DNA of 64,000 nucleotides, from positions 1,998 through 65,997 of the forward strand of contig LFCP01000004.1 of assembly GCA_001189155.1 (NCBI GenBank), written 5' to 3'. The notes beneath the pieces were generated by a model. The model was given only the letters and a program-made list of their open reading frames with translations. It searched no databases and had not been told where the DNA came from. Position numbers and translations under genes: made by a program. The stretch is from Parcubacteria bacterium C7867-006 (lineage in GTDB: Bacteria > Patescibacteriota > Minisyncoccia > Phycocordibacterales > DATDWN01). Shown piece after piece: positions 63,634-64,000 of this stretch (its first letter is position 1; each line of letters begins with the position of its first letter).

Positions 63634-64000
63634 TTTTTATTTAAAGCTAGATTGATTGTGTGATGAATAAAATCTCGTATTGAAACACCAACAGCCTCCA
63701 AAGATCTCCTTATGACAGACTTTTCTCCTAATTTAGGTTGAGTATTTACCTCTAGCACATATATTCCCCTTCGTGGAGTAACAATAAAATCTGTAGTTGA
63801 ATAATGTCGCAGACGTAATCCTTTGTGAATTATTTTTGCTAGATGCTCCATTTCATTTTTTTCATCATCAGTAAAACGAGTTGGATAAAATGGATTGTCA
63901 CTAGAATCAAGCTCAACTGGAGCTAAAGTATACAAATTCTTATCTCTAAAACCCTCTATTACACCAGAGGAAGCCCGCGTACCGTTTATATACTCCTCCA
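63630..64000 (-). CDS. ddl: D-alanine--D-alanine ligase, C-terminal part (N-terminus beyond window end)
   Basis: GIYVLEVNTQP ... S ... P ... A ... GVS ... LI resembles the Ddl C-terminal ATP-grasp segment. The reading frame continues open to position 64000. Confidence 0.6.
   Translation of the reverse strand, partial: EEYINGTRASSGVIEGFRDKNLYTLAPVELDSSDNPFYPTRFTDDEKNEMEHLAKIIHKGLRLRHYSTTDFIVTPRRGIYVLEVNTQPKLGEKSVIRRSLEAVGVSIRDFIHHTINLALNKN

Overview
This window reads as a chromosomal segment of an AT-rich bacterium (GC about 30-35% by eye). Core genes are densely packed and carry no Shine-Dalgarno sequences. AlaRS is truncated (about 585 aa) and AspRS is the short form lacking the insertion domain. 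These traits fit a reduced-genome Patescibacteria/CPR-like organism, but that assignment is inference only.

Core content, in order along the window:
- plsC-like acyltransferases, a HAD hydrolase, an orphan sensor kinase and a methyltransferase
- trpS, aspS, scpA, scpB, a D,D-carboxypeptidase and asnB
- the dcw genes mraY, ftsW and murG, then gltX and an M23 peptidase
- the grpE-dnaK-dnaJ chaperone operon
- a ribosomal/RNAP block (rpsI, rplM, rplQ, rpoA, rpsD, rpsK, rpsM, infA), plus an rpmJ that the ORF track misses
- an FtsA/PilM-like ATPase, alaS, UDG family 4, a YfbR-like HD phosphohydrolase, an ATP-cone/Mrr-like nuclease, mnmA, two mltG paralogs, leuS, ychF, three Nudix hydrolases, an AlkA-like glycosylase and tRNA-Ala(UGC)

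The most unusual property is a mosaic structure. At least 13 short GC-rich islets (about 45-55% GC by eye, 0.25-1.6 kb each) sit in intergenic positions. Each carries 1-2 genes, and most of these have strong GGAGG-type ribosome-binding sites, GC-ending codons and strong GC-rich intrinsic terminators. None of these traits are seen on backbone genes. The islets become dense in the last 16 kb, around a tRNA-Ala locus that also carries a degenerate tRNA-Ala copy and an inverted T-arm fragment.

Islet cargo:
- a ClpP-like protease
- a secreted M15/LAS zinc peptidase paired with a coiled-coil protein
- a ParB-like protein with a GNGNGNGNG linker
- a pair of paralogous 120-aa proteins
- a KGG-repeat stress protein, a HicB-like small protein and a 4-Cys mini-protein
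- several small membrane proteins

Also notable are a Fic-plus-lysozyme islet with its own sigma70-like promoter, and an ATP-cone/Mrr-nuclease + HD-phosphohydrolase + UDG operon that could be a nucleotide-sensing nuclease module. No CRISPR array, transposase or integrase gene was recognised.
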